NCBI RefSeq assembly: GCF_009914755.1
Contig: NC_060936.1
Strand: one strand, 5' to 3'
Length of the DNA: 64,000 bases
From: the human T2T-CHM13v2.0 reference genome, Homo sapiens
Both the position numbers and the translations under genes were made by a program. The notes beneath the pieces are model-generated. The model had not been told where the DNA came from and searched no databases. It saw only the letters and a program-made list of their open reading frames with translations. Shown here piece by piece: positions 13,751 to 27,384 of the stretch; within the stretch, counting starts at the first letter, position 1; each line of letters starts with the position of its first letter.

Positions 13751-15513
13751 AAACATAAAAAATATTATGTGTAATGAAGGCTACAGGATGAGAGGTCTTG
13801 TTTAAGAAAAGTTTCTGAAGAGGCAAACAGCTGAAACTGAAAACTGATGAATGATTATCTAATATGCAATAAGCTCTGAACTGTCTTTGACTGCCTGGCT
13901 GTTTTCACTTTCTATTCATGCTTAGACACACAGAGGTAATATTCTATCCTGGGTTGCACACAATAGAGAAGGGAAAGCAATGTAATACTGTTAAACTCTG
14001 AAGGCTGAGATTAAACAGGAGCATATTTTACTTCCTGGGAATAAGAAAAAGAAATTGTATTTTCTTTCACATTTCATATGGGAAATTGATTGCTTAAGTT
14101 TGACATTTCCTTTAATTGAAACACTTTGTTGAATTACTTCTAAGTCTCCATTAAAAGTGGTGTAAGTAGTATGAAATCACTCACTCTCTAGTATATCAGT
14201 GTTTGATATTTCATTACACCTAGTATTACCCTCATATTATCTTATTCTTCTTTCTCACGTCATTACCTTTGAAGAAAGATCAATTGACAATATATTGCTT
14301 TAAAATTATGTCATAGGCATATTGAGTCTAATGCTTAACACCCATGTCTAATATTTTGTTCAGTTGTTAAAAAAGTTGATCCCTTTATTTAATTGTCCAT
14401 AAAGAAGATGGGAAGAGTTTGCTGTTCTCTGTGAAACAACAAATACCCTCTACCCATTCCGAGTGCCCCATACACACTTTATTTATAGTAACCAATGTGG
14501 TTGTTATTCAAGGCTTATTCCAATGCGTATGGGGATCTATACTCCTCTTTATGCCTAACTCTACCAAAGTTACCTGCAGTAACACTGGTAGTGAAAAACT
14601 CAGGAGCCTCCAAAAACACAACTGCATTTGGTAAGAGACCAGAGTAGCAACTTCCTAGGCCTGTCCACCCATCTCATAGCCTGCTGGAGAATGGTCTGGT
14701 GCTGTTGCCTCCGGACATTCACTCAACTCTTCTAGCCCTTCTCCTTCCTAGCTTGCCAGCCCAGCTACCACTTATTAGAAGGAAATAAGAGGATTTGGTG
14801 AACAAATAGTCAATAAAAATTGACTATTTCTGCAGATAGCAATGGGATCTGGGTTAGTGGATTAAGGGTATTTAATGGAATAACTTAATCTTTTTAATGT
14901 TCAAAATCCAGTTCTTACTGTTCTCTAACAACAACTGTGTTCAGTATTTTGGCTTTATATTTTGACTCAAGGCTTGCTTATAAAATATATATTACAAAAT
15001 ACATATATAAAGCAACACTGATAATACCCATTTTTTCAATAAATTATTGAATTTTTTAAATAGATACATTTTTTCATAGATAAATTGTGTCTCAAAATAT
15101 ATTAAGCCAGATCTTGTATCTTTGTTTAAAATGTTTCAATGCTTTATCTTCTCGGTCATAGTTAAAGCTAAAGCTGGTATGCCCACTATGCCCACTGCCC
15201 AATGTTGCTGTTTAACAAATAATCCCAAAGTTTAGTGGTCTAAAACAAAACAACTTCATATTCTTTGATATAGAAATCCAATCAGGGCACAGTAGGGATA
15301 ATTTATTTCTGTTTCTCAATGTTTGGAGCCTTAGCTGGGAATACTTATATAGTTGTTGTCATCATGGATGTATGAAATTATTTAGAAAGATTTTAATCCA
15401 CATTTCTAGTATCTGGGTTAGGTTGGGCTCAGCTTGCATTGTTGACCAGAGCCCCTACATATGGCCTGACCATGTAGCTTGTGCTCCCTGGAAACATGGT
15501 AACGAGTTTGTAA

Positions 15514-16053
<540 letters not shown>

Positions 16054-17078
16054 TAATCTGTGCTCTGGCTACAAAGTATTTATGTTTTCCTTACATGAAA
16101 AATAAATTCAAAATGTTCAAAGACCTACCAAAAGCTTTATTCCACTTTGGCATCATGCTCAGGCTTAAGGTCTAGACTCTCATAATTTAAATCAGATCAG
16201 GAAGCACAGGAATTACCTCAGGGTCAATTCCTTGGGTAAATATTTTGCCAATCTGAAATCCTTTTAGCCCACCCTACAGTTACCCAGTAAATGTGGGTGA
16301 ACAGGCATAGTATAGTGCAACAGAAACTTCCATTCAAAAAGAAAAGGTAAGGGAGGCACTTAGCAAACACGGACCCACAGCATTTTTGAAATTCAGTTAG
16401 GTACATGCCATTTCCTTGATTATGGGCCCAGTAAAATTCCCTAGGACTGATTCTCCCCAGATCTTGACTAGATCCCCTGAGATCCTCTCTGTTCTAAGTC
16501 ATTCTTGCTTAGTCCTTTTTTTAGCTACGTAGTTTTCTTAATTATCTTCTACTTGTAGAAATTTGAGAGTCCAAGGTCCTCTTTTGATTTTGTACTGCCT
16601 GTCCTTTTCAGCCCAAGGTGGCATATTGTGTTTTTTTCTGTGGGCTTCAGTACTTAACTGAGTTGTAATCCATTGTATTAGACAAAAATCAATCCCACAA
16701 ATCCTTTTGAAATGAGTTATTCTCAACTTTAAGTTTCTTATGGAGTTGCAGTAGGATAACATTCTTTATAATTTTTAGAAGCTTCATTGTTTCATGGCGA
16801 GGATACGTGAGGCATATCCTTAAAATCTTTAAAAGGCCTTTGACTGCCTGAGCTGAGTGGATCTGTGAGGCTCCACGTGAAACCATCCTGACATTTTAAC
16901 AAAGGCCTTATAGTTGTATTCTTAGCTTTATCTTTAGTCTCAGACCAAGATAACCCTTTCTTACATTATGAGAAATAGTTTTATTTTAAATCCAGCAACA
17001 CTTGGCCTTTTTACATTCCTTTTAAATTTTGCTTGAAAATTGAATAATTCATTCTTCAGCTAATGCTTTATATTCACA

Positions 17079-17448
17079 GTTATGGACTGAATGTTTGCGT
17101 TCCTACAAAATTCATATGTTGAATTTCTATCCCCCAATGTGATGGTATTAGGAGGTGAAGGATGTGGAGGTGATTTTGTCTTGTATGCTGTGAGGGTAAA
17201 GCCCTCATGATTAGTGTTCTCATAAGAGGCATGTGAGCTTGCTTGCTCTATCTGCTCTCTACCATGGAGGGATACAATGAAAAGATGACATTCTGCAAAC
17301 CAGGAAGCAGTTTCTCTCCAGACACTGGATCTGCTGGCTCCTTGGTCTTGGACTTCCCAGCCTCCAGAATTGTAAGAAATAAATTTCTGTTTTTTAAGTC
17401 ACTCTCTCTATGGTGATTTTGTTATACCAGCCCAAACTGACTATGACA
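17079..17448 (+). mobile_element. MLT1A-type solo LTR nested in the MLT1 internal region
   Basis: gttatggactgaatgttt...aattcatatgttgaa; ggacttcccagcctccagaattgtaagaaataaatttc; ends gactatgaca. Confidence 0.88.
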
Positions 17449-18373
17449 CACATCTTATAAAATAAAGTTCCAAGAAGCCACTTGACACTGTCTATAATCT
17501 GCCAAAAATCTCTTTAGCCAGATCTGTTGCATTAAGATCTGTTTTCTTAGGTACATTTTCTATTTTCCATGACACCAAAGATGGCAGTTTTCCTAAACTT
17601 TTACTACTATATAACAACGTCAACTTTTCTTTAGCATCGAATAACACTTTCTTTACTTTAAGTTATTGAAACATCTTTCTCAAGGCCTGTCAGGCTTCCA
17701 TATACTGTCCCCTTAAGACTATTTCAACTCCAAAATTTGCAGTTTTACCTCTTAGCCAAAGCCACATATTTTAGGTTTTTTGTTATGGCAGCATTCCAAT
17801 GTGAGTACTGAATTCTGTTTCCTCACGGAGACCACTCCAAAACCTAGCAGTGTAAAAAAGTGGCCATTTTGTTTTGCTTAAGGTTTCTGTAATTCAGGAA
17901 TTTGGAGAGGGCACAGAGGGAATGGCTATTTCTGTTATATGATGTCTGAAACCTTATCTGGGGAGACCCAAATGACTCAGGGTGACATAAATGGTTGAAA
18001 CCTCAATTAATTTGGACATTTCTTCACTTACGTATCTGGCACCTAGGCTGAGAAAACTAAAAGCCTAGGTTTTGCTAGGATTGTCAGAGCCTCTTCATGT
18101 GGCCTCTCCATGTGGTTTGGGTTTCTTATAGCAAAGTGGTTGGGATACACAAAGGAGAAACACCCAGAGAATGAATATTTCAAGAGAAGCAGGAAGCTTC
18201 ATAACTTTTTATGGCTTACTCTAACGAGTAATTTACTGTGATTTTCACTGTAGTTTATTAGCCAAAAGAGTTACAAGCCCACTTATATTCATAAAAGAAA
18301 ACATTAGATGCCAACTGTAAATGGAGGAGTGTCAAATGATTTGAAAACGTTTTAAAAAGCAGCTATAACCCAC

Positions 18374-19070
18374 ATGATCTGTCTTCCTTTTCCTCAGCCA
18401 GTTACCTCTGACATAATCTGCTGTTCTCCTTGTTCTCCTTTTGATCATTCTATTACTGAAATGACTTCACTCTTCATCAGAAGCAGCAAGCAGGTTTCTG
18501 TCTTAAGGGCTCTGTATTTTCCATTTCTTTTGACTGGAGTGCTCTTCATTAAGATATCAGCATGTCTCATCTACTCGTTTGCTTCAGGTCTTTAGTCATA
18601 TTTTCTTATTTTATTTTTTAATTTTAATTTTAATTTTAAGTCCTAGGGTACATGTGCAGGATGCGCAGGTTTGTTACCTAGGTAAACTTGAGCCCTTGTG
18701 GTTTGCTGCACTTATCAACCCATCACCTAGGTATTAAGCCCAGCATGCATTAACTATTTTACCTAATGCTCTTGCTCTCCCACCCCACCCCACGACAGGT
18801 CCCAGTGTGTGTTTTTCCCCTCCCTGTGTCCATGCGTTCTCATTGTTCAGCTCCCACTTAGAAGTGAAAACATGGGATGTTTAGTTTTCTGTTCCTGCAT
18901 TAGTTTGCTGAGGATAATTCAGGGATGGAGCTGGAAGCCATATGTTATTTTTATTGGAATGTAAGCTCCAGAATAATTTTAGATGTTGTTGTTCATGTTT
19001 GATTGGTTGCATTTAGAGCAATAACACACAGTAGGTGGTAAATATATGTATAATGCATTGAATAAATTAA
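18374..19070 (+). mobile_element. L2 3' fragment (host of the MLT1 and L1 insertions)
   Basis: ttctgtcttaagggctctgt; gcttcaggtcttt; ggaatgtaagctcc...cacagtaggt...tgaataaat. Confidence 0.6.
18600..18941 (-). mobile_element. Short L1PA-type 3' end with a 5' inversion
   Basis: ttttaagtcctagggtacatgtgcagg...cattagtttgctgaggataat on the minus strand, then + oriented gggatggagctggaagccat. Confidence 0.9.
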
Positions 19071-21629
19071 TCTTTAATTCCCACATTGATTATTTCTTTT
19101 TCTTATTTTCTCTACTTTTATTAAGAGATTGAACATGGTAGAATGGGAAATTAAGAATGGGGAATAAAGGATACAAACTAAAACAAACAAAGGTGGGGGT
19201 TGAGATGGGACATTTTTACTGCTGATATTGAATCTTAGGTTCTCACCAAATGTAGAGGAATTTTATTAAATTAAAATTTCCTTCTCCAAATCAATTTCTA
19301 CCTCTGGTTTATACACCTAGCTCATAAATATGAGGTGAACGATTATGTGAACTTCTTCACATAATAGTCTTAAAACTATGAGGCTGACTTATGTTAAAAT
19401 TGATTAAATATTTTAAAAAGATGGTTTTAAAAATTTAAAAAGTAATTTTAAAAGATTGATATTAAAGTGTAAAATCTAATAAAATTAAAACATCTGCTTT
19501 TTGGAGTTTTGAGCTATAATGATATATCCTCCATAACATTTTATGTTAATTAAGGTTGAATCAAATTTACAAATCAAGCTAAACAAATCCTCACTTTGGT
19601 TGATAAAAAATAAGAAAGAATACAGTTTACATTTTCTTATTTCTCCTTTCACTCTTCAGTCCCAACATTACTGCCATATACAAAATATACATATACAACT
19701 TCTACAAAAGTTCACTTCTCGGTTTTACTTGTAGGCACTCTAGTTTTGAGGATGATAAAATTCTACCCTCTGCTGTACTTGATATTGAAGTATTTTATGA
19801 TTCAGTTCCAGATAAAATAAATTTACGATTTACAGAGTGTGGAGACCATTACTATAGATAAAGGGGCTTTATCACTCTAGTAATTTTGCACTCAAACTTT
19901 ATTTTTATTGGAATTCCATAAATGCTATCTTGAAGGCAATACACAATAGAACGTTCTAACAGACCATGTAGTTTTAAAAGTCCCATGTCTAGTTTCAGAC
20001 TTTTTTCTTGTTGTATTTTGAAGGTAACAAATTCCATGTAACTGGAAAAGAAATATGAATCTTATTTTGACTAATCATATAAATTGCTCCAAAAATTGCT
20101 AACATTGTCTAGTAAATGATTGAGTATAATAGCTTATAACTGAGTCCAAATTATACTCTCTGTTTGTAGATTAAGCCTGGTAGGATTTTGTGTTTTATCA
20201 CATGGAAATTATCCTCAATTATCTTTCATTATTTATTCAAAATTTGTAAAAGTGCCTAATGGCCAAAAGTTGCTGTATCAGTGATTAATGTCTTGAATCA
20301 CAGTCATCAGTCACAATCATCCCAAAGGTCTCAGGTTAAGCTTTTGTTTGTGAGTTTACCTGAGGTAATTTCAGGTTTCTGGAGACTAGGTGATACTTTT
20401 TAATTGTTCATATTCTCCTCAGTAGGTGGATGAAGCCATGTTGTTGGTCACATATTTCATTTACAATTTTTATACTCAAATGTACACTTTTATCTTTTCT
20501 AACATTTATTTCCAGATTTTTATATTTTCAATGATTTTACAATAACTGACATGCTTAGTCAGAAATATAATGTTTCCTATTTTCCATTGAAATAAACACT
20601 TGAAATGCTTTGTTCTGAGAGTCTGAGTGCTGATTCAGCCACTCATCCTAAATGATGTGAGTTGCTAGGTCCTAAGGCAGAAAAGCGACTGTTGTAAAGG
20701 ATGTTCCCTCATTCTCTGAACTCTTCTTTCTGACTTTTGAAATTCCTACCACACATTTTATCAATGCAGTATTATCTAGTTCATTCATGTGAGTATCTTC
20801 CTCCTTATGATATTTTAGCTTCCTGAAGACAAAGGTCATTTCTTATTCATCTTACAGCCATTTTTATGTACATATAATCTGTCTGTCTGTTTCTCTGTCT
20901 CTGAATTTACAATAAAATGGCAAAGCTTTTTAATGTTTATGTAACATGTCCATATTATCATTATTATTTATTCTGATTACATGCATATTGGACTTATATA
21001 TTTATGTATTAAACTTACAGCAATGGGTCGTCTTCTGACAAAATGATAAAGAATACCATCAGATAGAGAAATGGGTCCATAAATCATCAGAGCAGATAAA
21101 ATTCCATAATTATTTGAACATGATTTCTGTTATATGTAAAAAGTAGTACATATTGAACATTTTTCAGTTTCATCAAATAGCATGTACCTGTTTTATTCCT
21201 ATTTTAAATGCCAAAATAGCTGAAAAATAAACTTCATAAAATCATAATGCTAAAAGACACCTCAAAAACTTTACATTTTCCTTCACATTGAAATGGGTTT
21301 TATCAAAACCATCCCAAATATGTGAATATACATTGAGATATTATATGTAAAAACGTTTATGTGCATATACTTGTATCAGTATATACACCATATTTTAAAA
21401 ACAATATCATATTTTTTAATTCTTTAGAACTCTACTAAAATTAATTAAAATTTAAGCTTATTCCTTTGGAAATTCTTACACATTGCTCACAGGAGCATCA
21501 TACCCAGTCCCATAATTCTATTTTTCTATATTCTTTTACTTAAAAATATTTTTATTGCCATTTATATAATATATAAATATATTATTCATATATATCCTTT
21601 ATATATATATTTGTGTGTGTGTTAGTTAA

Positions 21630-21985
21630 AAACCTTCAAATCTTACTGACTTAAAAATAAAAACGAGGCTTTATTTCTCCCACTCTCTACATGTTCACTG
21701 CTGTTTGGTCGGGGGCTATTTTCACATTGTCTTGCCACTTAGATCCAAGCTAACAGATCAAACACTGTCTAGAACACCTGCTATCATCATGGTAGATGAA
21801 AAGAGAGTGTGGTTTTCACACACAGGCTCTTCACGCTTTCAAACAGAAGTGTCACACAGCACTTGTACTTATCTCTTATTGACCAAAGGAAAACACAATC
21901 ACAGCTAGCTTTAAGGGAACTTGGAAGTACAATCCTACCAAGAGCCATGGAAGAGAATTGTAATTATTTGGTGGCCATCATTACA
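21630..21985 (-). mobile_element. Old MLT1 (J/K/L-type) LTR
   Basis: caaatcttactgacttaaaa; cagaagtgtcacacagcactt; ttattgaccaaag; ggaagtacaatccta. Confidence 0.65.
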
Positions 21986-22312
21986 AAAACATTCTGCAAG
22001 TTGGATCTTTGTCGTTCTTGTTTTACAGATTGAAAGCTAATGCTTGAGAATTTGATAACTTATTCAGGGTCACACAACAGTCATAAAGTAACAAACTATG
22101 CTACAACATGAGCCTTAAAAAATAGCTGCCTAATAGTAATATGACATGGATAAAACTCAGCTTTTAATCAAAGATATGATGAAACCATTATTATTGTTCT
22201 GTTGCCTGTATTTTAGAAGGATTTTTTTTGCAATGAGTAACTATATGTTAACCCTGGAGCTATATAATTCATCATTCTTACCATCATATCCACAGATCTT
22301 AACCATTAAACT

Positions 22313-22440
22313 TAATCCCAGCACTTTGGGAGGTAGAGGTGGGACAATCTCTTGAGGCCAACCAAGAGTTCAAGACCAGCCTGGGCAACAGAGTGAGACC
22401 TTGTCTCTACAAAAAATTTTTAAAAATTAAAAATAAAATA
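22313..22440 (+). mobile_element. Alu left-monomer (FLAM/AluJ) fragment
   Basis: taatcccagcactttgggagg...gagttcaagaccagcctgggcaaca...gtctctacaaaaaa. Confidence 0.85.
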
Positions 22441-23359
22441 GAATTATAGAAAAGGTAATATGTATATTTCTTTATTTTCAATAGTCCATTAAAACCTAAA
22501 ACTGTAACTCTAGCCTCTAGAATAGTCTCTGGTTCATAAAAATTTGTTGAATGAATGAATAAATTTGACTCTTCACACCACGATGTTATTATTTTAGCAT
22601 TATTTTCAAATTAACATGCCCATTTTTGTTGTTGGAATTCTGTTTTGTTTTATTTTACTCTGTAACAGGGCTATATCTTTCATCGATGTTGAAAATATAT
22701 TTTCTTAATATCTAACAAGTATCTAAAAATAATTTAAAAATGAAAAGAAAATGTATCTTCCTTGATTGTGCATACTCCTCATGTAATTCTCTAACTAAAA
22801 CATCATATCCCAAGCTTCTTGCTAATAAAAACTGCAAATGCATTTGTAGCCTGTTTATTCAGATGATATACTTCCATTTTACCTAAAATGGTTATTTTCA
22901 AATAAATACTGCAGCAGGCAATAAGAAGAATCTTTGAGGAAAAACTAAGCACATAAAATATAATTAGTTATAATAAATACAGCTCAGCAACTAATTTGGA
23001 CAGAGGTATAAATGCAAATAACTAAAATAAATGGCAAAAATTATATTTAATCAACCACATGCCTTTAGTAAGAGTTTAGGAAGGTAAAAACTATAAATAG
23101 TAACATTGAGATGAGAGTTACTCTTTTATCAGTTGTAAGTAAATATTAACTGAAGCTAATAAATCAAGAGAGAGAAATCTGAGCTCATTTTTAAAGTTAT
23201 GGGTTAAGCACTAGAATTAATGAAATAAAAACACAAAACCCAGAAATGTTTAGAAGAGATTACTTGGGAGAGGCAAATAAGAGAATTGGAAACAATTGCT
23301 TATGCTCTTCTGTATGATTTGATTCAATAACGTGCAAATATTGTTTTGATTGAAGTGCC

Positions 23360-24245
23360 TGTTTGATGTCTCCATTTGGATCCTCAAATGAACCTTAAAT
23401 TTAAAAAAAAATTAACAAAATTCACAGACAGTTTTTCCCCACTGTCTCCTATATAAATTAATGACACAGATCCATATTACCAGTCATTCTAGACACTTCT
23501 CTCTGCCTCATGCCTCGTGGCCTATTTCTCACTAAGCCCTCAGTTTCTCTCTTGTAAGTATCCCTTGAATATATATGCTTCTCTTATTCTCAGTGATTGC
23601 CTTTATGATATGCTTTATGGGACTGAATTTCATTTTTTATAGTATTTCCTAAATCCATTCTGAGCCCTCTCATTAGAGTTTGAGTTACATTTTCAAATTG
23701 TCAATGTGATCATGTATACTATTCCTACTTTAAACACAGGAATGGTTTCCAATTGCTCTTAGAATACAGAGTAGATCTTTCTGAAATGGGACTAGGAATC
23801 CACTTCAGGGTGATGCCACAGAACCATCTTATATCATTGTCTACCTCACTCTCTGTGTGGGGGATCATTTTAACTAGAAGTCACATAGTCCATCTATTCA
23901 TGAGAACTTTGCATGACCTTCCTCTGCCTCTTGTAAATAGCTTTACTCATAACCCACTATCACACTATTCAATCTTAATCATTCCTTAAATCTCAGCTAA
24001 GTGGAAGCTGCCGCACCATTTTTAATCATATTCCTTGGAATATGTTCATAAACAAACACATGCATTTGAATTAAAATATTTCTTGCACACTATCTGTCTC
24101 TCTCTCTTTTTTTGCTATTTCCCCAATTCAATATTTAGTTGAATGAGAAAGTGATAGCGTAGTTTTTGCTCACCATTACAAGCCCAGCAATTAAGATAGT
24201 TCCTGACAAATTGTACAAACTATGAAGTATTTTTATGAATAATTC
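23360..24245 (+). mobile_element. L2 fragment
   Basis: tgatgtctccatttggat; gtcattctagacacttctctct; aatggtttccaattgctcttagaataca; L2-like 3' end. Confidence 0.55.
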
Positions 24246-25204
24246 ATGACCCATTGGTCACTTATTCAAGCAACAATGCAAACATTCTCATTCTTCCTAT
24301 CGACATCCCTCCAAGTTAAATTTCTCTGGTAAAAACTTTTGGATACTCTATATCTTGCTCTACTTCTGTTTTTAGGCCTAATTGCTTCTTACAGTTCCAT
24401 ACAAGGCTAAGAAAGTATATACTTTTCATTGTAAATATGCTGTACCCTGGAATGCCTTTGGCTGCTTGAGATTTGCTAGACTGCTATGTATCTCAAAAGT
24501 GGAAATAAGTTTTTCCACATTTAGTGCTGTCTGATTATAATTATTCCTTTTTTTCTCAAATGTTCTTATTTTTGGTCATTCTCTGTGTTATATATTCACT
24601 GGAAAATAAATAGTTACTTATCTCTTGTAGATATGTTTGGCAAATTGAACGTTGTCAATATTTACATTTTTCAAATAATTCTATGTAGACTCCTATGTTT
24701 CCATGGGGAGAAACTTTCACGTTCATCTGTAAACTGTATGGTGTGTCACTATCAAAAGCAGAGTATTATGTTCTATGAACTAAGAACCTACTGATGTTTA
24801 AATTCTGAAATAAATAAACATAAGGCTATAGTCACAGTAGATGACTGAGGATTATTTGCTTGATGAAAGAAAACTATATCTTATTTGAAGAGGAGAACCA
24901 GATATATGCCAATGTTAGTGATGCTTGTGGATTTGTGGTTTTAGTTGTTTTGGAATTGCTATTAGGATGCAGGACACTCTTAGCATCCTAAATGAGAGGT
25001 GGAGGGAGGATTTTTGAGTTTATATGATTTGCCTCATTATGGTCAGATGGAAAAAAAAAGTACTGCATTATAAAGAGATTTTTAATTTCTCAAGATAGCA
25101 GTGTAAGTTTTAAGTATTTTTATTTGAAAATATATTCTTCCTGATTGCTTCATATCACTGCCCTACATCCAGATTAATTCAGGAAAAAAGCAGTCTCAAT
25201 ATTT

Positions 25205-25470
25205 TCTTATTTATTTATTTACTGGGACATGATCTAGCTCTGTTGCCCAGGTTGGAATGCAGTGGTGCAATCTCTGCTCACTGCAATCTCCGTCTCCCAG
25301 GTTCAAGAGATTGTGTTGTGGCCACGATGCCCAGCTAATTTTAGTATTTTTAGTAGAGACTGGGTTTTGCCATGTTGGCCAGGCTGGTCTCGAATTCCTG
25401 ACTTCAAGTGATTTGCCCGCCTCACCCTCTCAAAATTCTGGGATTATAGACATGAACCACAGCACCCGGG
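25205..25470 (-). mobile_element. Alu (S/J) with internal deletion
   Basis: Alu arms present, ~40 nt missing near 25312-25320; TSD core aatattttct. Confidence 0.88.
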
Positions 25471-26562
25471 TGGTAATATTTTCTATGTGTTATCAAGTAG
25501 CAATCAATCTAATTGAATTTATGGATTAATTTTGATTAGGTAAAATTGTTCTCAGGAGAACTGCAGAAATAAAAATAAATTATGTTATGTCAAGATTTTC
25601 TCCTAAATTTCAAAATAAATGAATTACAAAAGGAATGATAACAGTTTCGTAGTTTGATAGATAGGGTATTTTGACATGAATAGATTTAAAAGATCAAAGA
25701 GATGGAGATAAATTTCCATTTTCTCTTGACTTCTTCATCAAAGTGCAGTAGCATTTGACAAAGCTCTTTTGTTTCACTAACTCCCACATTTCATAAATTT
25801 GAGCTGAGAATTCTCAATAAATGTCAAAGAAGATGCAACTTGCTTCCTACATTTTCTTACGTGAATGACCCAATGAGATACTTTCCAAACTAAAGGAAAA
25901 TGCTATAATAGAGTTATAAATGAAGAGACATATGGAGACAAGTTCCAATATGACTGCTAAAACCTGTTATATGTGTTTAATTCTCAAGAGATCTCAATAC
26001 TTACAGATTGATTTTATTCTTTGAAATACCATTCAAAGTTACATTTTTTCAATGACAAATGCCCAATAGTGTTCATCTATATGATGTTTATTTATTGCTT
26101 CTTTTTATAAAAGATGCTAAAATATAAAAAAAACCTAAAGATGAAATACAGAAATATTTTAAAAGTGTATTGTTTTTAGCTATAGGGCCAATATTACAAG
26201 TGAGACAAAGATAGATGAACAGTAAGATGCCTATTTTTATTATTTTCTTTTTGGAAGTTGGATTATGGAAGAACAGTTTCATTCCTCTTGAAGCACCACA
26301 ATCCATGTAACCAAAAACAGATGAGGTCTTCCTCCCTAGAAAATTTGAACTGATCCTTCATGGCATGTACCTCTACTTCACAGAGAGCTATAAAATTTAT
26401 TCTGGCGGATACAAAGAATTTTAGTTATTTAATTATTGTAAACATTTATTAAGCATCTACTATATCGTAGATATTGTGGTAGGCATTGATATTCAAAAGG
26501 AAATTAAGCATTGTCTCTGACGTTGAAGAGTTCATTTCAAAAGAAAGATATATACAGATATA

Positions 26563-26659
26563 CAGATGGGCCCCACTTAGGATGGTTCAACTTACAATTT
26601 TTCAACTTTATGATAGGTTTAACAGTTTATAACCCCGTTATAGCTTGAGGAGTATTTCT
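26563..26659. mobile_element. MER47/Tigger-type Tc1-mariner MITE, internally deleted
   Basis: cagatgggccccacttaggatggttcaacttacaatttttcaactttatgat...taaccccgttatagcttgaggag. Confidence 0.65.
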
Positions 26660-26676
26660 AATACATATTTACCTTA

Positions 26677-27048
26677 TGATATGGTTTCGCTGTGTCCCCA
26701 CCCAAATCTCATCTTGAATTGTAGCTCCCATAATCCCATGTGTCATGGGAGGGACTTGGTAGGAGGTAATTTAATCATAGGGGTGGTTACCCTCATGCTG
26801 TTCTCATGATAGTGAGTGAGTTCTCATGAAATCTGATGGTTTTATATGAGGCTTTTCCCTTTTGCTTGGCACTTCTCCTTGATGCTGCTATATGAAGAAT
26901 GCTGTGTTTGCTTTCCCTTCCCTCATGATTGAAGGTTTCCTGAAGCTTCCTCAGCCATGCTGAATTGTGAGCCAATAAAATCTTTTCATTTACAAATTAC
27001 CCAGTCTCGGGTATGTCTTTATTAGCAGCATGAGAACAGACTAGTACG
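26677..27048 (+). mobile_element. THE1 (C/D-type) solo LTR
   Basis: tgatatggtttcgctgtgtccccacccaaatctcatcttgaattgtag start; ccagtctcgggtatgtctttattagcagcatgagaacagactagtac end. Confidence 0.93.
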
Positions 27049-27179
27049 CCACACAATGTAATAAGTGCTTAAACAGTGGCATATGTGAAAATAATTCTGT
27101 TGGACTATAAAGAAGAATAATATTCTGCCTGGTGGTCATGTGAGAGATATCATATGGAAACAGAGATCAAATAATGTCA

Positions 27180-27384
27180 TTGCTGGAAGCGTGCTCTGAG
27201 CCAAGGAATGTGGGCAACTTCTAAAGCCTGGCAAGGGCAGGGAATTAATACTCTCTTAGAGCTTCCAGAAGGAACCAGACCTGCCAACAGCCTGACTTTA
27301 ACCCAATAAGAGAGAGAATAAATTTGTGTTGTTTGAAACCACTGCATTTGTAGTGATTTGTTGCAGCAATAGGAAATGAATACA
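27180..27384 (+). mobile_element. MLT1C/D LTR, 3' half
   Basis: gagccaaggaatgtgggca; tagagcttccagaaggaa; agaataaatttgtgttgttt; ends gaaatgaataca. Confidence 0.8.

Noticed and set aside
14580-14635. Possible micro-exon ending ttg|gtaaga
   Set aside because: Weak acceptor; indistinguishable from background pseudo-exons
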